A stretch of 64,000 nucleotides of DNA from Candidatus Latescibacterota bacterium (lineage in GTDB: Bacteria; Latescibacterota; UBA2968; UBA8231). The stretch lies in contig OZ241362.1 of the NCBI GenBank assembly GCA_965200315.1, forward strand, positions 4,576,001 to 4,640,000. The letters are read 5' to 3'. Of this stretch, positions 39,037-48,528 are shown in pieces. The position numbers and the translations under genes are program-made. The notes beneath the pieces are model-generated. The model was not told the origin of the DNA. It was given only the letters and a program-made list of their open reading frames with translations, and did not search any database. Each line of letters starts with the position of its first letter. The stretch's first letter is position 1.

Positions 39037-39918
39037 ATGGAAAAATTTGCTCCCTTGAACATGTCGCCAGAAGAGCTAATCGAGTACACCCCGGAGTGGG
39101 CGGGCGAGCGCTTTGCCGACGGCCGCCCCAAGGTGCCCGACGACATCCTCGACCGCATGCACAACGTCAGCATTACCCAAGCCTGGGGAGTCATACGCGG
39201 CCCCGGCTACAACTGGCAGTACGAAGACGGCTGGATTTGTACGCATCCCGGCCAAGTGCTGGTGGGCCGCGCCCTGACGGCTATGTACATGCCGCGGCGA
39301 CCCGTCATGCGTCAGGTCATGGAAGAAAAAGGGGAGCGGGCCGGCTGCATTGGCGACCAGATCTCGTGGCCCATTGATATGCTGGTGCCCGGAGACGTGT
39401 ATGTGGCCGACGTATTCGGCAAAATCGACCAAGGCGCGGTCATTGGCGACAACCTCGCCACCGCCATCTACGCCAATTCGGGCAACGGGGTGGTACACGA
39501 CGCGGCCGTCCGCGATATCGACGGCATCCAAGAACTGCCCAATTTCACCAGTTTCGTGCGCGGCTTTCACCCCACCTTTGCCTCCCCCACCATCATGCTG
39601 GCCGGGGTCAACTGTCCGGTGCGCATCGGCGGTGCCACGGTCATGCCCGGCGACGTAGTTCTCGGCCGCGACGATGGCGTCGTCTTCATACCGCCTCATC
39701 TAGCCGAACAGGTGGTCAAAACCTCCGAGCTAATCGCGCTCCGCGACCGCTTTGGCAAACAGCGTCTAGCCGAGGGCAAATACACGCCCGGCCAGATCGA
39801 CACCCGCTGGTCCGATCCCATTGAAGAGGACTTTTCGCGCTGGCTAGAGAGCCATATCGACGAGCTGCCCGTGCCGCGCGCCGCCATCCAAGAGCTGCTC
39901 AAGGAGCGGACTTGGTGA
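39037..39918 (+). CDS. RraA/HMG-aldolase-like protein
   Basis: GRALTA, IGDNL, AVRD, VMPGDVVLG..DGVVFIP. Confidence 0.85.
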   Translation: MEKFAPLNMSPEELIEYTPEWAGERFADGRPKVPDDILDRMHNVSITQAWGVIRGPGYNWQYEDGWICTHPGQVLVGRALTAMYMPRRPVMRQVMEEKGERAGCIGDQISWPIDMLVPGDVYVADVFGKIDQGAVIGDNLATAIYANSGNGVVHDAAVRDIDGIQELPNFTSFVRGFHPTFASPTIMLAGVNCPVRIGGATVMPGDVVLGRDDGVVFIPPHLAEQVVKTSELIALRDRFGKQRLAEGKYTPGQIDTRWSDPIEEDFSRWLESHIDELPVPRAAIQELLKERTW

Positions 39919-40675
39919 GCTCGGGCGGCGGCTCGGCTAATTTACCTGCCTTGAGAAAAGGCTCGGCATTCCCCCAGAGCTTGCTTCCGTCGGCCGAGGT
40001 CAGCGGCTCGCAGGAGTACTGGGCCAAATACACGCGGCGCATCTGGTCGGTGGTGTTGGTGCCGCTGGAGTGGAAGTTGTAGCTGGTGAAAACGGCAATG
40101 CTGCCAGCCGGAGCGACGACCGAAACGCCGGGGTCGCTGCCGAAATAGCCGATCAAATCGTTGCTCCCCTCCTCGCGGACGTGCTTGACCCACGTGCGAA
40201 TACCCGAGCGCGAAAAAGGCAGCAAGTGGACGGTACCATTGGCCTCGGACATGTCGTCGAGGGCGCACCAACAGGTTAGATACGGCTTGTGATCCGGGTA
40301 GCCGACATAGCCCGAGTCTTGGTGCCAAGAGAACTTCATGCCGGCCTCGGCACCTTTGACCACGTATTGCTCCCAGAACAAGTAGGCGTCGTCGCCTAAG
40401 GTGGCTTGGCAGATTGCGGCCATTAGGGGGCTGAAGAGGAACTCGCGCAGGCGCGGCTGCGCGCGGAAACAGTTGGAGACAAAGTAGCGGCTGTTGCGGT
40501 GATTGAGGCCCAAGGTATCCGTGCCCTCGGCGTCCATCCGGGCGTTGGCTTTGTCGATGAAGGCTTGGCATTCACCGCGCAGGAGGTCGAGATGATGGGC
40601 GGGGATGGCGTTTTCGAGGATGAAGTAGCCTTCTTCTTTGAATTGCTGCTTTTGGGCGTCGGTGATCTGGTGCAT
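39899..40675 (-). CDS. Phytanoyl-CoA dioxygenase (PhyH) family
   Basis: WHQDSGY, ALDD....NG, HSSGTNTT...RR. Confidence 0.92.
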   Translation of the reverse strand: MHQITDAQKQQFKEEGYFILENAIPAHHLDLLRGECQAFIDKANARMDAEGTDTLGLNHRNSRYFVSNCFRAQPRLREFLFSPLMAAICQATLGDDAYLFWEQYVVKGAEAGMKFSWHQDSGYVGYPDHKPYLTCWCALDDMSEANGTVHLLPFSRSGIRTWVKHVREEGSNDLIGYFGSDPGVSVVAPAGSIAVFTSYNFHSSGTNTTDQMRRVYLAQYSCEPLTSADGSKLWGNAEPFLKAGKLAEPPPELTKSAP

Positions 40676-40834
40676 GAATTGCTCCCGGTTGATTGCAATT
40701 TGATGTAAGCTGAGGCGATATACTGATAGGCAGAACCCACGAGGCGTGCAAGCCTTGTAAGCACAACCGCGCAATAGGAAATAACATGCTCGCCGAACTG
40801 CACAACGGGCCAAGCGAACGCTGGTGCATCTGAA

Positions 40835-41467
40835 ATGGAAACCCCTGCAATACTCCAAACGCTCGAACTCACCTCTTGGTGGGAGGTGCCGGCCGTCGTC
40901 TTGGCCATTCTCTACTTGGTATTGGCGGCGCGGGAAAATATCTGGTGTTGGGGAGCGGCTTTTGTCAGCACTGCTCTGTATATCTACGTCTTCTTCGATG
41001 TCAACCTGTTCCTAGAGTCGGCCCTACAGATCTACTACTTGGCCATGGCGGTTTATGGCTGGTCCCAATGGCGACAGCCCACCGATCAATCCGCAACGCT
41101 GCCCATCTCTACTTGGCCGCTCAAAAAGCACGTTGAGGTCATTGCTGCGACGGGGGCCATTGTGGTGACGTCCGGGTACCTTTTGCGCGAAAACACAGAG
41201 GCGGCATTACCTTATGTCGATGCCTTCACCACTTGGTATGCGGTGGTGACGACCTATATGGTGACAAGGAAAATTTTGGAGAACTGGGCGTACTGGTTTG
41301 TCATCGACAGCGTCTCGGTTTACCTCTTCTACAGCCGCGGGCTTTACCTGACCGCTTTGTTGTTTATCGCGTATCTGGTTATCATCGTCTTTGGCTATGT
41401 GAAATGGAAAAAGGAGTACGACCAACAAATGTCTAAACCAGCCCGTGAAGAAGAATTGAGCACGTGA
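40835..41467 (+). CDS. pnuC: Pnu-family vitamin transporter (PnuC-like)
   Basis: ARENIWCW, YGWSQW, PYVDAFTT, KILENWAYWFVID. Confidence 0.9.
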   Translation: METPAILQTLELTSWWEVPAVVLAILYLVLAARENIWCWGAAFVSTALYIYVFFDVNLFLESALQIYYLAMAVYGWSQWRQPTDQSATLPISTWPLKKHVEVIAATGAIVVTSGYLLRENTEAALPYVDAFTTWYAVVTTYMVTRKILENWAYWFVIDSVSVYLFYSRGLYLTALLFIAYLVIIVFGYVKWKKEYDQQMSKPAREEELST

Positions 41468-41471
41468 ACCC

Positions 41472-42329
41472 ATGAAGCGAGCAGAGACATGCGGACCGGT
41501 CGCTATCCAAGGGTACGCCGGGTCGTTCAGCGAAGCAGCGGCGCGGGCCTATTTTTCTCCAGAGACGCAACTGGCACCACAACCCGATTTCAAGATGCTT
41601 TTCGCCGCGGTAGAAGACGGGTCTTGTGCTTGCGGGGTCGTGCCCATCGAAAACTCGCTGATGGGCAGCATTCACGAGAACTACGACCTGCTGCTACAGA
41701 GCAATGTACACATCGTCGGCGAAATCAAGCTGCGCATCGTCCACAACCTCATCGTCAACCGAGGCGTCCGGCTAGCGGACATCCGCTACGTTGCGTCGCA
41801 GCCGCCCGCCTTGGCCCAATGCACTCGCTTCATCCGCTCGCTGGCCGGCGCTCAGACGATAGCGGCGGATGATACGGCTGGAGCGGTCAAAGAACTGGCC
41901 GCTAGCGGCGCACGCGACCGAGGAGCTATAGCCGGCGCACGCGCGGCCGCCGCGTACGGGCTGGAGGTCCTCGTCTCCGGCATCGAGGACGCCACCCACA
42001 ATTTTACCCGCTTCTTGATGGTAAGTCGCTGCGCTGCGCCAGCACCGACCGAGCTAGCTAAAGCCACGCTCGTCTTTGGGTTGAAGCACGTGCCCGGTGC
42101 GCTGTGCCGGAGCCTCGCGGCCTTTGCCGAGCGCGGCATCAACCTGCTCAAAATCGAATCGCGGCCCATGACCGAGCGGCCTTGGGAATACGTCTTCTAT
42201 CTCGATTTGGCGGGCCACTTGGGGCAGGTGGCTTGTGCCCAAGCCTTAGAACAACTTCAGGAGACCACCGAATTCGTCCGCGTCTTGGGCTCGTACCGGC
42301 AGGGCGATACGGTCGAGGACCCAAGGTAA
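41472..42329 (+). CDS. pheA: Prephenate dehydratase
   Basis: QG..GSFSE, VPIENS, NFTRF, INLLKIESRP ACT domain. Confidence 0.93.
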   Translation: MKRAETCGPVAIQGYAGSFSEAAARAYFSPETQLAPQPDFKMLFAAVEDGSCACGVVPIENSLMGSIHENYDLLLQSNVHIVGEIKLRIVHNLIVNRGVRLADIRYVASQPPALAQCTRFIRSLAGAQTIAADDTAGAVKELAASGARDRGAIAGARAAAAYGLEVLVSGIEDATHNFTRFLMVSRCAAPAPTELAKATLVFGLKHVPGALCRSLAAFAERGINLLKIESRPMTERPWEYVFYLDLAGHLGQVACAQALEQLQETTEFVRVLGSYRQGDTVEDPR

Positions 42330-42335
42330 TCCCGC

Positions 42336-43289
42336 TCAAGCACCTGCGGCGCGGGTGCGAACTTGGTCGAGTCCGACGGCCAACAGGAGCACCGCGCCGC
42401 GCGTTACATCCTGCCAGAAGCTAGACACATCCATCAGTGTCAATCCGTTGTTGAGGGTGCCAAGCAAGAGCACCGCCAACAGGGTGCCCCAGACCGTGCC
42501 GCGCCCTCCGAAGAGACTCGTGCCACCCAAGATGACGGCGGCGATCACCGTCAACAAATGCTGCCCGGCCGCGTCGGGTGCTGCCGCGTAGAGCATGGCC
42601 GCGAGGATGAGGCCGCTGATCGCGCCGCTGAGGCCGGAGAGGACGTAGAGGATCATCAGGGTGCGGGCGACGGGGACGCCGACTAGCCGGCTGGCTTCGG
42701 CATTGCTGCCGGCGGCATAGACGAAGCGGCCGAAGCGAGTCCGCGCCAAGACCCAGCCGAGCGCGATATAAACCAACAGCATCAGCACCAGCGGCACCGG
42801 CAATCGCAAAAGCTGACCGCTGCCGATCCAGTTGAAACCGGGTTCCATCAGCGGTTTGGTCAGCCCGCCGGTCAGAACTAGAGCTAGCCCGCCGATGACG
42901 CTCATCGTGCCCATGGTGGCGATCAGCGGGTTGAGTCCGAGGCGCACGGCCAACAAGCCGTTGAGCAGCCCGATGCCTCCGCCCAGTGCCAGCGCGATGA
43001 GACAGGCCGCGACAATGCCGACGCCCGCGGCGTGAAGCAGCGCGACGACGACCCCAGCCAGCCCGGCGACTGCCGCCACCGACAGATCGAGGCCTCCGGC
43101 GATGATCAGCGGCGTTTGCAACGCGCACATCAAGCCGATAAAGGCCATATTGGCGCCGATGCTCACCATATTGTCGAAGGACAAAAACCAAGGGGAGAGG
43201 ACGCTGAAGAGCACGGCGACCCAGAGGTAGAACATCAATAACAAGGCGACGCCCGCGCCGGGACGGTTCAATAAGGCGGCGATGTGCAT
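42336..43289 (-). CDS. Sugar ABC transporter permease (RbsC-like)
   Basis: GGLDLSV, TRFGR...GSN.EASRL.GV, IAAVILGGTSLFGGRG. Confidence 0.93.
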   Translation of the reverse strand: MHIAALLNRPGAGVALLLMFYLWVAVLFSVLSPWFLSFDNMVSIGANMAFIGLMCALQTPLIIAGGLDLSVAAVAGLAGVVVALLHAAGVGIVAACLIALALGGGIGLLNGLLAVRLGLNPLIATMGTMSVIGGLALVLTGGLTKPLMEPGFNWIGSGQLLRLPVPLVLMLLVYIALGWVLARTRFGRFVYAAGSNAEASRLVGVPVARTLMILYVLSGLSGAISGLILAAMLYAAAPDAAGQHLLTVIAAVILGGTSLFGGRGTVWGTLLAVLLLGTLNNGLTLMDVSSFWQDVTRGAVLLLAVGLDQVRTRAAGA

Positions 43290-44797
43290 GGATGCTCTTT
43301 CTCAGTAGGGGTGTGGAGCAGGTCGGCCGGGGCCGCGGGGCCGGAAAAGCGGCTGGACACCCGACCGCGGTCGAGCACGATGGAACGGTCGCAGATCCCG
43401 GCGACTTCTTCGGCGTCGGAGGAAATCAAGAGTACCGCGAGCCCCTGTTGGGTCCACTGCCGCAGTGCCAAGTAGAGCTCGTGGCGAGCACCCACGTCCA
43501 CGCCTCGGGTCGGTTCTTCGAGGATGAGCACCTTGAGGCCCTCGACCAGCCAGCGGGCCAAGCAGGCCTTTTGCTGATTGCCGCCCGAGAGCAAGCGCAG
43601 CGGTTGGTCGAGGTGAGCGGCGCGGATCCCGAGGCGGTCGATCCAGCTTTGCGCGTGGCTTGTTTCGCGGGGCTTGGATACTGAGAGCAAGCGCACGAAG
43701 CGGTCGATAAAGGGCAAGGTGATATTGGCACGGACGCCGAGGTCGGGGACGATGCCCTCGCGCTGGCGTTCGGCAGCCACGAAACCGATGCCAGCGTCGC
43801 GGCCTTGGCGCGGATCGGTCGGGATATAGGGCGCACCCCCGAGCGCAAGGTGTGCGCCGGGCAGCGGACCCCGTGCTCCGTAGATAGCCCGGCCAAGTTG
43901 GTCGATCCCCGAGCCGAGCAGGCCGAAGACGCCGAGAATCTCACCTCGGTGGACTGCAAAGGACACGCTGTCGAGCGCGCCGGGCAAACTCAGGTTTTCG
44001 ACCTCTAGGGCAACCTCGCCGATACTTGTGCTTCGCGGCGGATAGAGTTCGTCAACGGTGGTGCCGAGCATGGCGTCGAGGACTACACGCCGCGAAGCAG
44101 AGGCCGTGGCAAAGTCGCCGGCGTTTAGCCCGTCGCGGAGCACGGTGATGCGGTCGGCGATCTCAAAGACCTCGTCGAGGTAGTGGGAGATGTAGATGAT
44201 GCCGATCTGCTGCGCTTTGAGCCGCTCGACGGCGGCGAAGAGTGCCCTCACCTCGCGGTCGGCCAGGGCGGCGGTCGGCTCGTCCATGACGATGATCCGC
44301 GCTTGGCCGGCGAGCGCGCGGGCGATTTCCACCAAGCGCTTGTGGGGTGCGGAGAGTTGGTGTACCGGCGCGTCGGGATCGAGGTCGCAGCCGAGCCGGT
44401 CCAGCAGTGCCCGCGCTTTGGTTCGCAGTGCTGGGCGATCCACCTGCTTGCCGAGCCAAGAGCGTTTGAGCGGCAGGTCGGCGATGAGGATGTTTTCGGC
44501 GACCGTGAGGTCGGGCAAGACCGATACTTCCTGCGGCAAAAAGCGGACGCCGTGGGCTATGGCCTCTTCGGGCCGGTCGTAGCGCACCGCTTGGTCGTCG
44601 AGGCGGACGGTGCCAGCGTCGCGGCTGTACACGCCGCAGAGAATTTTCACTAAAGTGGATTTGCCCGCCCCGTTGGCGCCTAGCAGTGCTAAGACCTCTC
44701 CGGCGTCCAAGCGGAGATTGACCTCGCGCAAGACTTGGGCACTGCCGAAGGATTTGCAGATGCCCTCCAGTTGCAACAGAGATGCGGTATGGCTCAT
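43268..44797 (-). CDS. Sugar ABC transporter ATP-binding protein (RbsA-like)
   Basis: GANGAGKST, MDEPT, LSGGNQQK, EPTRGVDVG. Confidence 0.95.
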   Translation of the reverse strand: MSHTASLLQLEGICKSFGSAQVLREVNLRLDAGEVLALLGANGAGKSTLVKILCGVYSRDAGTVRLDDQAVRYDRPEEAIAHGVRFLPQEVSVLPDLTVAENILIADLPLKRSWLGKQVDRPALRTKARALLDRLGCDLDPDAPVHQLSAPHKRLVEIARALAGQARIIVMDEPTAALADREVRALFAAVERLKAQQIGIIYISHYLDEVFEIADRITVLRDGLNAGDFATASASRRVVLDAMLGTTVDELYPPRSTSIGEVALEVENLSLPGALDSVSFAVHRGEILGVFGLLGSGIDQLGRAIYGARGPLPGAHLALGGAPYIPTDPRQGRDAGIGFVAAERQREGIVPDLGVRANITLPFIDRFVRLLSVSKPRETSHAQSWIDRLGIRAAHLDQPLRLLSGGNQQKACLARWLVEGLKVLILEEPTRGVDVGARHELYLALRQWTQQGLAVLLISSDAEEVAGICDRSIVLDRGRVSSRFSGPAAPADLLHTPTEKEHPCTSPPY

Positions 44798-44798
44798 G

Positions 44799-45971
44799 CT
44801 AGTGATCGGGGATTAGCTGCTCGTAGCCGGCGAGTTCGGGCTGGTCCTTCAGAGTCGCCAAGTGTTCGACAAAGGCTTCCTGTGGGAAGACGTAGGCGAA
44901 GCCCGGCGCGCCCTCGCATTCGTATTCGGGGTAGAATTGACAGATGTTGGCCGGGCTGATCATCACGTGGGTGACGGCGACCGCCGGCGGCACGTCGTGG
45001 CCAGCTATACTCATCAGGCTCAGCGGGATGAGATAGTTGCCGTAGCGCTCGGGGAAATAGGCGACCGAGGCGATGAAGCGCTCCTCGGCGACCATCGTCT
45101 CCAACTCGTCAGCACCCTTGCCGACGACCAGCGCGTCTGCGCCGCGCCCCTGCTGCTGCACGGCGCGCAACATGCCGGAGACCGATTGATCGTTGATCGC
45201 GGTGATCAGGATCGGCGCACCTTGGGGGATGCGGCCGAGCGCGTTGCTCATCTGTTGGAAGGAGTACTGCAGAGTGTTTTTGGTGTCGATGCGGATGATG
45301 CGCTCGGGCGGGAAACCGGGCAGCGAGGCGAGGAAGCCGGCGATCTGGCCTTCGGTGCGCATAGCGGGGATCGCGCCCGACTGCGGCAGTTCGCCAACGA
45401 CGAAGTATCCCTCTGTGAGCACCCGGTCGCCAAAGCGCACTTTGGCCGCCTGCGCCAGATAGGAGCCGCCCATAAAGCCCGAGCGAGGGTTGTTGGCACC
45501 GAAGTAGGTGGCACCCGGCATGGGGATGTCGATGGCGACCACGCCGATCTGCTTGCGGTTGAAGTGCTGCATGATCGCCGGGCCGAAGTTGACGTCGGTT
45601 TGGAACTCAATGCAGAAGTCAACTTGACGCCGAGCAAAGCTCTCGGCGTTGGCCAAAGCAGTCGGCCCATCGAGCCGGTTGTCAGCGATCAGCAGCTCGA
45701 TGCCAGCGGCCTCGGCGTTGCGCTCAATGCTCTTTTCGACCTTGATGCCGAAGCTGATGTCGCGCTGCAGATTGGCAAAGCCAAAGACTAGGTTTTTGCC
45801 GTTTTTTGGGGGCGCTTGTTGCGCGGCTTCGGCAGCCATTGCTTGGAGTGCTGTCGGCGGGAGCATCAGCCCGTCGTAAGTCGCCGGATCGAAGCCGTGG
45901 AAATTTTCGCTTAATGCTGGAATCGGGGCGAGGAACAGACAGGAGGCCAGAAGGAGTCGGAGCGGAATCAT
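44799..45971 (-). CDS. Sugar ABC transporter substrate-binding protein
   Basis: Signal peptide; VVAIDIP...YFGANN; adjacent to ATPase and permease. Confidence 0.88.
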   Translation of the reverse strand: MIPLRLLLASCLFLAPIPALSENFHGFDPATYDGLMLPPTALQAMAAEAAQQAPPKNGKNLVFGFANLQRDISFGIKVEKSIERNAEAAGIELLIADNRLDGPTALANAESFARRQVDFCIEFQTDVNFGPAIMQHFNRKQIGVVAIDIPMPGATYFGANNPRSGFMGGSYLAQAAKVRFGDRVLTEGYFVVGELPQSGAIPAMRTEGQIAGFLASLPGFPPERIIRIDTKNTLQYSFQQMSNALGRIPQGAPILITAINDQSVSGMLRAVQQQGRGADALVVGKGADELETMVAEERFIASVAYFPERYGNYLIPLSLMSIAGHDVPPAVAVTHVMISPANICQFYPEYECEGAPGFAYVFPQEAFVEHLATLKDQPELAGYEQLIPDH

Positions 45972-46143
45972 AGATAAACTTTCGTTTGGCAATGGGCTGA
46001 GAATATACGGAGCGGCTAGCGGGTAGCTCAAGGCGTGGGGTGGATGCCACCGCGCCCAGTCCAAGGCCGCGATTACTTTTCAGGAGCGATGCGGTTGGCT
46101 ACTATTGGGTACTGAACACTGGTAAGCGATACAAGTAAAGGAA

Positions 46144-46412
46144 ATGGCAATGGAGCTTCTTCTACTCTGGCTTCTATTTGGGATTGTGAGTGCGGTGGTT
46201 GCGACAAACAAAGGACGAAGCGGTTGTGGTTGGTTTGCGCTTGGCGTGTTAATTGGTCCCTTTGGTTTCATTTTGGCTTTAGTCGTTCCTAAAAATCAGG
46301 AAGAGGTTGAAAAAAATCTGTTCAAATTGGTGACATGAAAAAGTGTCCATACTGTGCCGAACTGATAAAAGCGGAAGCAGTCAAGTGCCGTTGCTGTAGG
46401 GAAGAGATTTAA
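46144..46412 (+). pseudogene. Two-TM protein with C-terminal zinc ribbon, split by a frameshift in an A7 run
   Basis: One extra A at 46310-46316 gives ...VEKKSVQIGDMKKCPYCAELIKAEAVKCRCC; lower GC than neighbours. Confidence 0.7.
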
Positions 46413-46450
46413 CAGGAAAGATAGCGACCAATAACTAACAGGAGAGAATT

Positions 46451-47587
46451 ATGCTCACCAAAGAAGGATGCCACACTCGGCAGCAACGCCTGTGTGTGCG
46501 GCTGGCCGAACTCAACATCGATGCGGCCGTGATCAACCACCCGAAGGAAATCTACTACTTCACCGGGATCATTATCCCCGAGGAATTCCCCGGCCCGCCG
46601 GCGATCTTTTGGCTGGGGGCCGATGGGCGATCCTTGCTGATCGCGCATACCGACGAAGGCGAGCCGTGCGCCGACGAGTGTTTCACCTTTTCCTTTGACG
46701 TCGGCGGCACGATAACGCCCGATTTGCGCGAGGTGATAAGCGGGCTAATCGTCGATACACTGCGCGACAAAAAGCCGGCGGCTGGACGCCTAGGCTGGCA
46801 AAGCGAATTCTTGCCGCGTCGCTTGGGACAGGCGGTCGAAGAAGGGCTAGGCAAAACGCCCATATATGTCGCAGTCGACGACCTGCTCGCCGACATGCAG
46901 GAGGTCAAGGACCCCGACGAGATCGAGCTGTTGCGCAAGGTCGTGCAAGTTGATCTGGCCGCTTATGCCGCGGCGGAAGCAGCGATGGCGCCGGGCGTCA
47001 ACGAGTTGGCGGTGCTAGCGGCGGCGCAACGGGCAGCGCATCTTGCGGCCGGTGAGAAGGTTTTCCACGACGGCGACTACCAGTGTGGCGAGTTGGGCGG
47101 TTTTGCGCGCAATCGTCCGATCGAGGCCGGGGAAATCTACGTCATCGACGCTTGGTCCGTGTACCGCGGCTATTGGGCGGACTTGTGCCGCAGCTTTGCA
47201 GTGGGCGAGCCGACCGAGGTGCAGCACTCCGTCTTTGAGCACGTCAAGGGCTTTCACGACCGCGTCGGCGAGTACTTGCGGCCGGGCAAGGACGGCCGCG
47301 AATGCGCGGTGGCCATGGACGCCTATATCCGCGAGCATCCCAAGCTGGCCGACGTCGGCCTGATTCACCACGCCGGGCACAACATCGGTCTGCGGGCGCA
47401 CCAAATGCCCGATCTCAACAAGGAGCGCGGCGGCACCTTGCGCGTGGGCAATGTGGTCTCGGTCGAGCCGGGGGCCTATATCCCCGAGGCGCGGGCCGGG
47501 GTGCGGCTGGAAAACATGTACCTGATTACCGAGGACGGCTTGGAGAATCTGTCGCCGTATCCGATGGAATTGGGGGCGCACTGTTGA
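46451..47587 (+). CDS. Xaa-Pro peptidase (M24) family
   Basis: VKDPDEI, IDAW....GYWADLCRSF, HHAGHNIG, VEPG, VRLEN. Confidence 0.9.
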   Translation: MLTKEGCHTRQQRLCVRLAELNIDAAVINHPKEIYYFTGIIIPEEFPGPPAIFWLGADGRSLLIAHTDEGEPCADECFTFSFDVGGTITPDLREVISGLIVDTLRDKKPAAGRLGWQSEFLPRRLGQAVEEGLGKTPIYVAVDDLLADMQEVKDPDEIELLRKVVQVDLAAYAAAEAAMAPGVNELAVLAAAQRAAHLAAGEKVFHDGDYQCGELGGFARNRPIEAGEIYVIDAWSVYRGYWADLCRSFAVGEPTEVQHSVFEHVKGFHDRVGEYLRPGKDGRECAVAMDAYIREHPKLADVGLIHHAGHNIGLRAHQMPDLNKERGGTLRVGNVVSVEPGAYIPEARAGVRLENMYLITEDGLENLSPYPMELGAHC

Positions 47588-48384
47588 GCGAGGTGCTCGA
47601 ATTTGCCGAAGACCTCGCCCGGCGCGCCGGAGTGCTAATCGCCCAAGCACGGGCGGACCAAGCATTAAATCTGAGCTACAAGGAAGGGATTGAGCTGTTG
47701 ACGTCGTCCGATTTGCAGGCCGACCAACTCATCCGCAACGAGATCGAAAAGACCTTCCCCGACCACTACATACTCTCCGAAGAGTCTTCGCCCCACCTTA
47801 CAGACTCGGCGCAACTGCGCGGCCCCTTGTGGGTCATCGACCCGATTGACGGCACCGTCAACTACGCCTATAACCAGCAGCAAGTAGCCGTGTCCATTGC
47901 CTTTGCCGAAAGCGGCCAAGTGCAGGTCGGCGTGGTGCGCTGCCCGTTTGTGGACGAGACCTTTACCGCCCGGCGCGGTGCAGGTGCTTGGCTCAACGGC
48001 CGCGCCATCCGGGCCAGCGAGTGCAATCAGCTATCCCGCGCCCTGATCGGCACGGGCTTCCCCTACGCCGCCGAGGGCAGAGTGGCGCTGGTGGATCGCC
48101 TGCGCCGCGTCCTCGGACACTGCCGCGACATCCGCCGCGTAGGCTCGGCCGCCATTGATCTCTGCTGGGTGGCGATGGGCCGGCTCGACGGCTTTTACGA
48201 GGCGCTCAAGCCCTGGGACTTGGCGGCAGCGGCCCTGATTGCGCGGGAGGCGGGAGCTTGCGTCGGTCACTTGCAGCCCGTGGAGGGCGAGCTACCGGAA
48301 GAATTGGACGGCCGCGACCTAGTCGCAGCCACGCCGGGAATCTACGAACAATTGGTCGCGCTTTTGCGCGGCACCCCGTCGTAG
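47584..48384 (+). CDS. Inositol monophosphatase family (SuhB-like)
   Basis: SEE, WVIDPIDGTVNY, GSAAIDLC, PWDLAAA. Confidence 0.92.
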   Translation: MSEVLEFAEDLARRAGVLIAQARADQALNLSYKEGIELLTSSDLQADQLIRNEIEKTFPDHYILSEESSPHLTDSAQLRGPLWVIDPIDGTVNYAYNQQQVAVSIAFAESGQVQVGVVRCPFVDETFTARRGAGAWLNGRAIRASECNQLSRALIGTGFPYAAEGRVALVDRLRRVLGHCRDIRRVGSAAIDLCWVAMGRLDGFYEALKPWDLAAAALIAREAGACVGHLQPVEGELPEELDGRDLVAATPGIYEQLVALLRGTPS

Positions 48385-48528
48385 GGGCGACCCCTGTAGT
48401 CGAACATCCCGATGGCATTGGCAACCGTGCGCACTTCGGCAAGCTCAGTGCGCTGAGTGCTGTCTAAGCGCATCCCCCGAATCGACGAGTCTGTAGGAAC
48501 AACTCTATAACATAAGGAGATACAATCC

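Noticed and set aside
40680-40834. TPP or other riboswitch upstream of pnuC
   Set aside because: Only a GCTGAG...ACCC fragment; the conserved second half of the TPP aptamer is not visible. An Rfam scan would be decisive.
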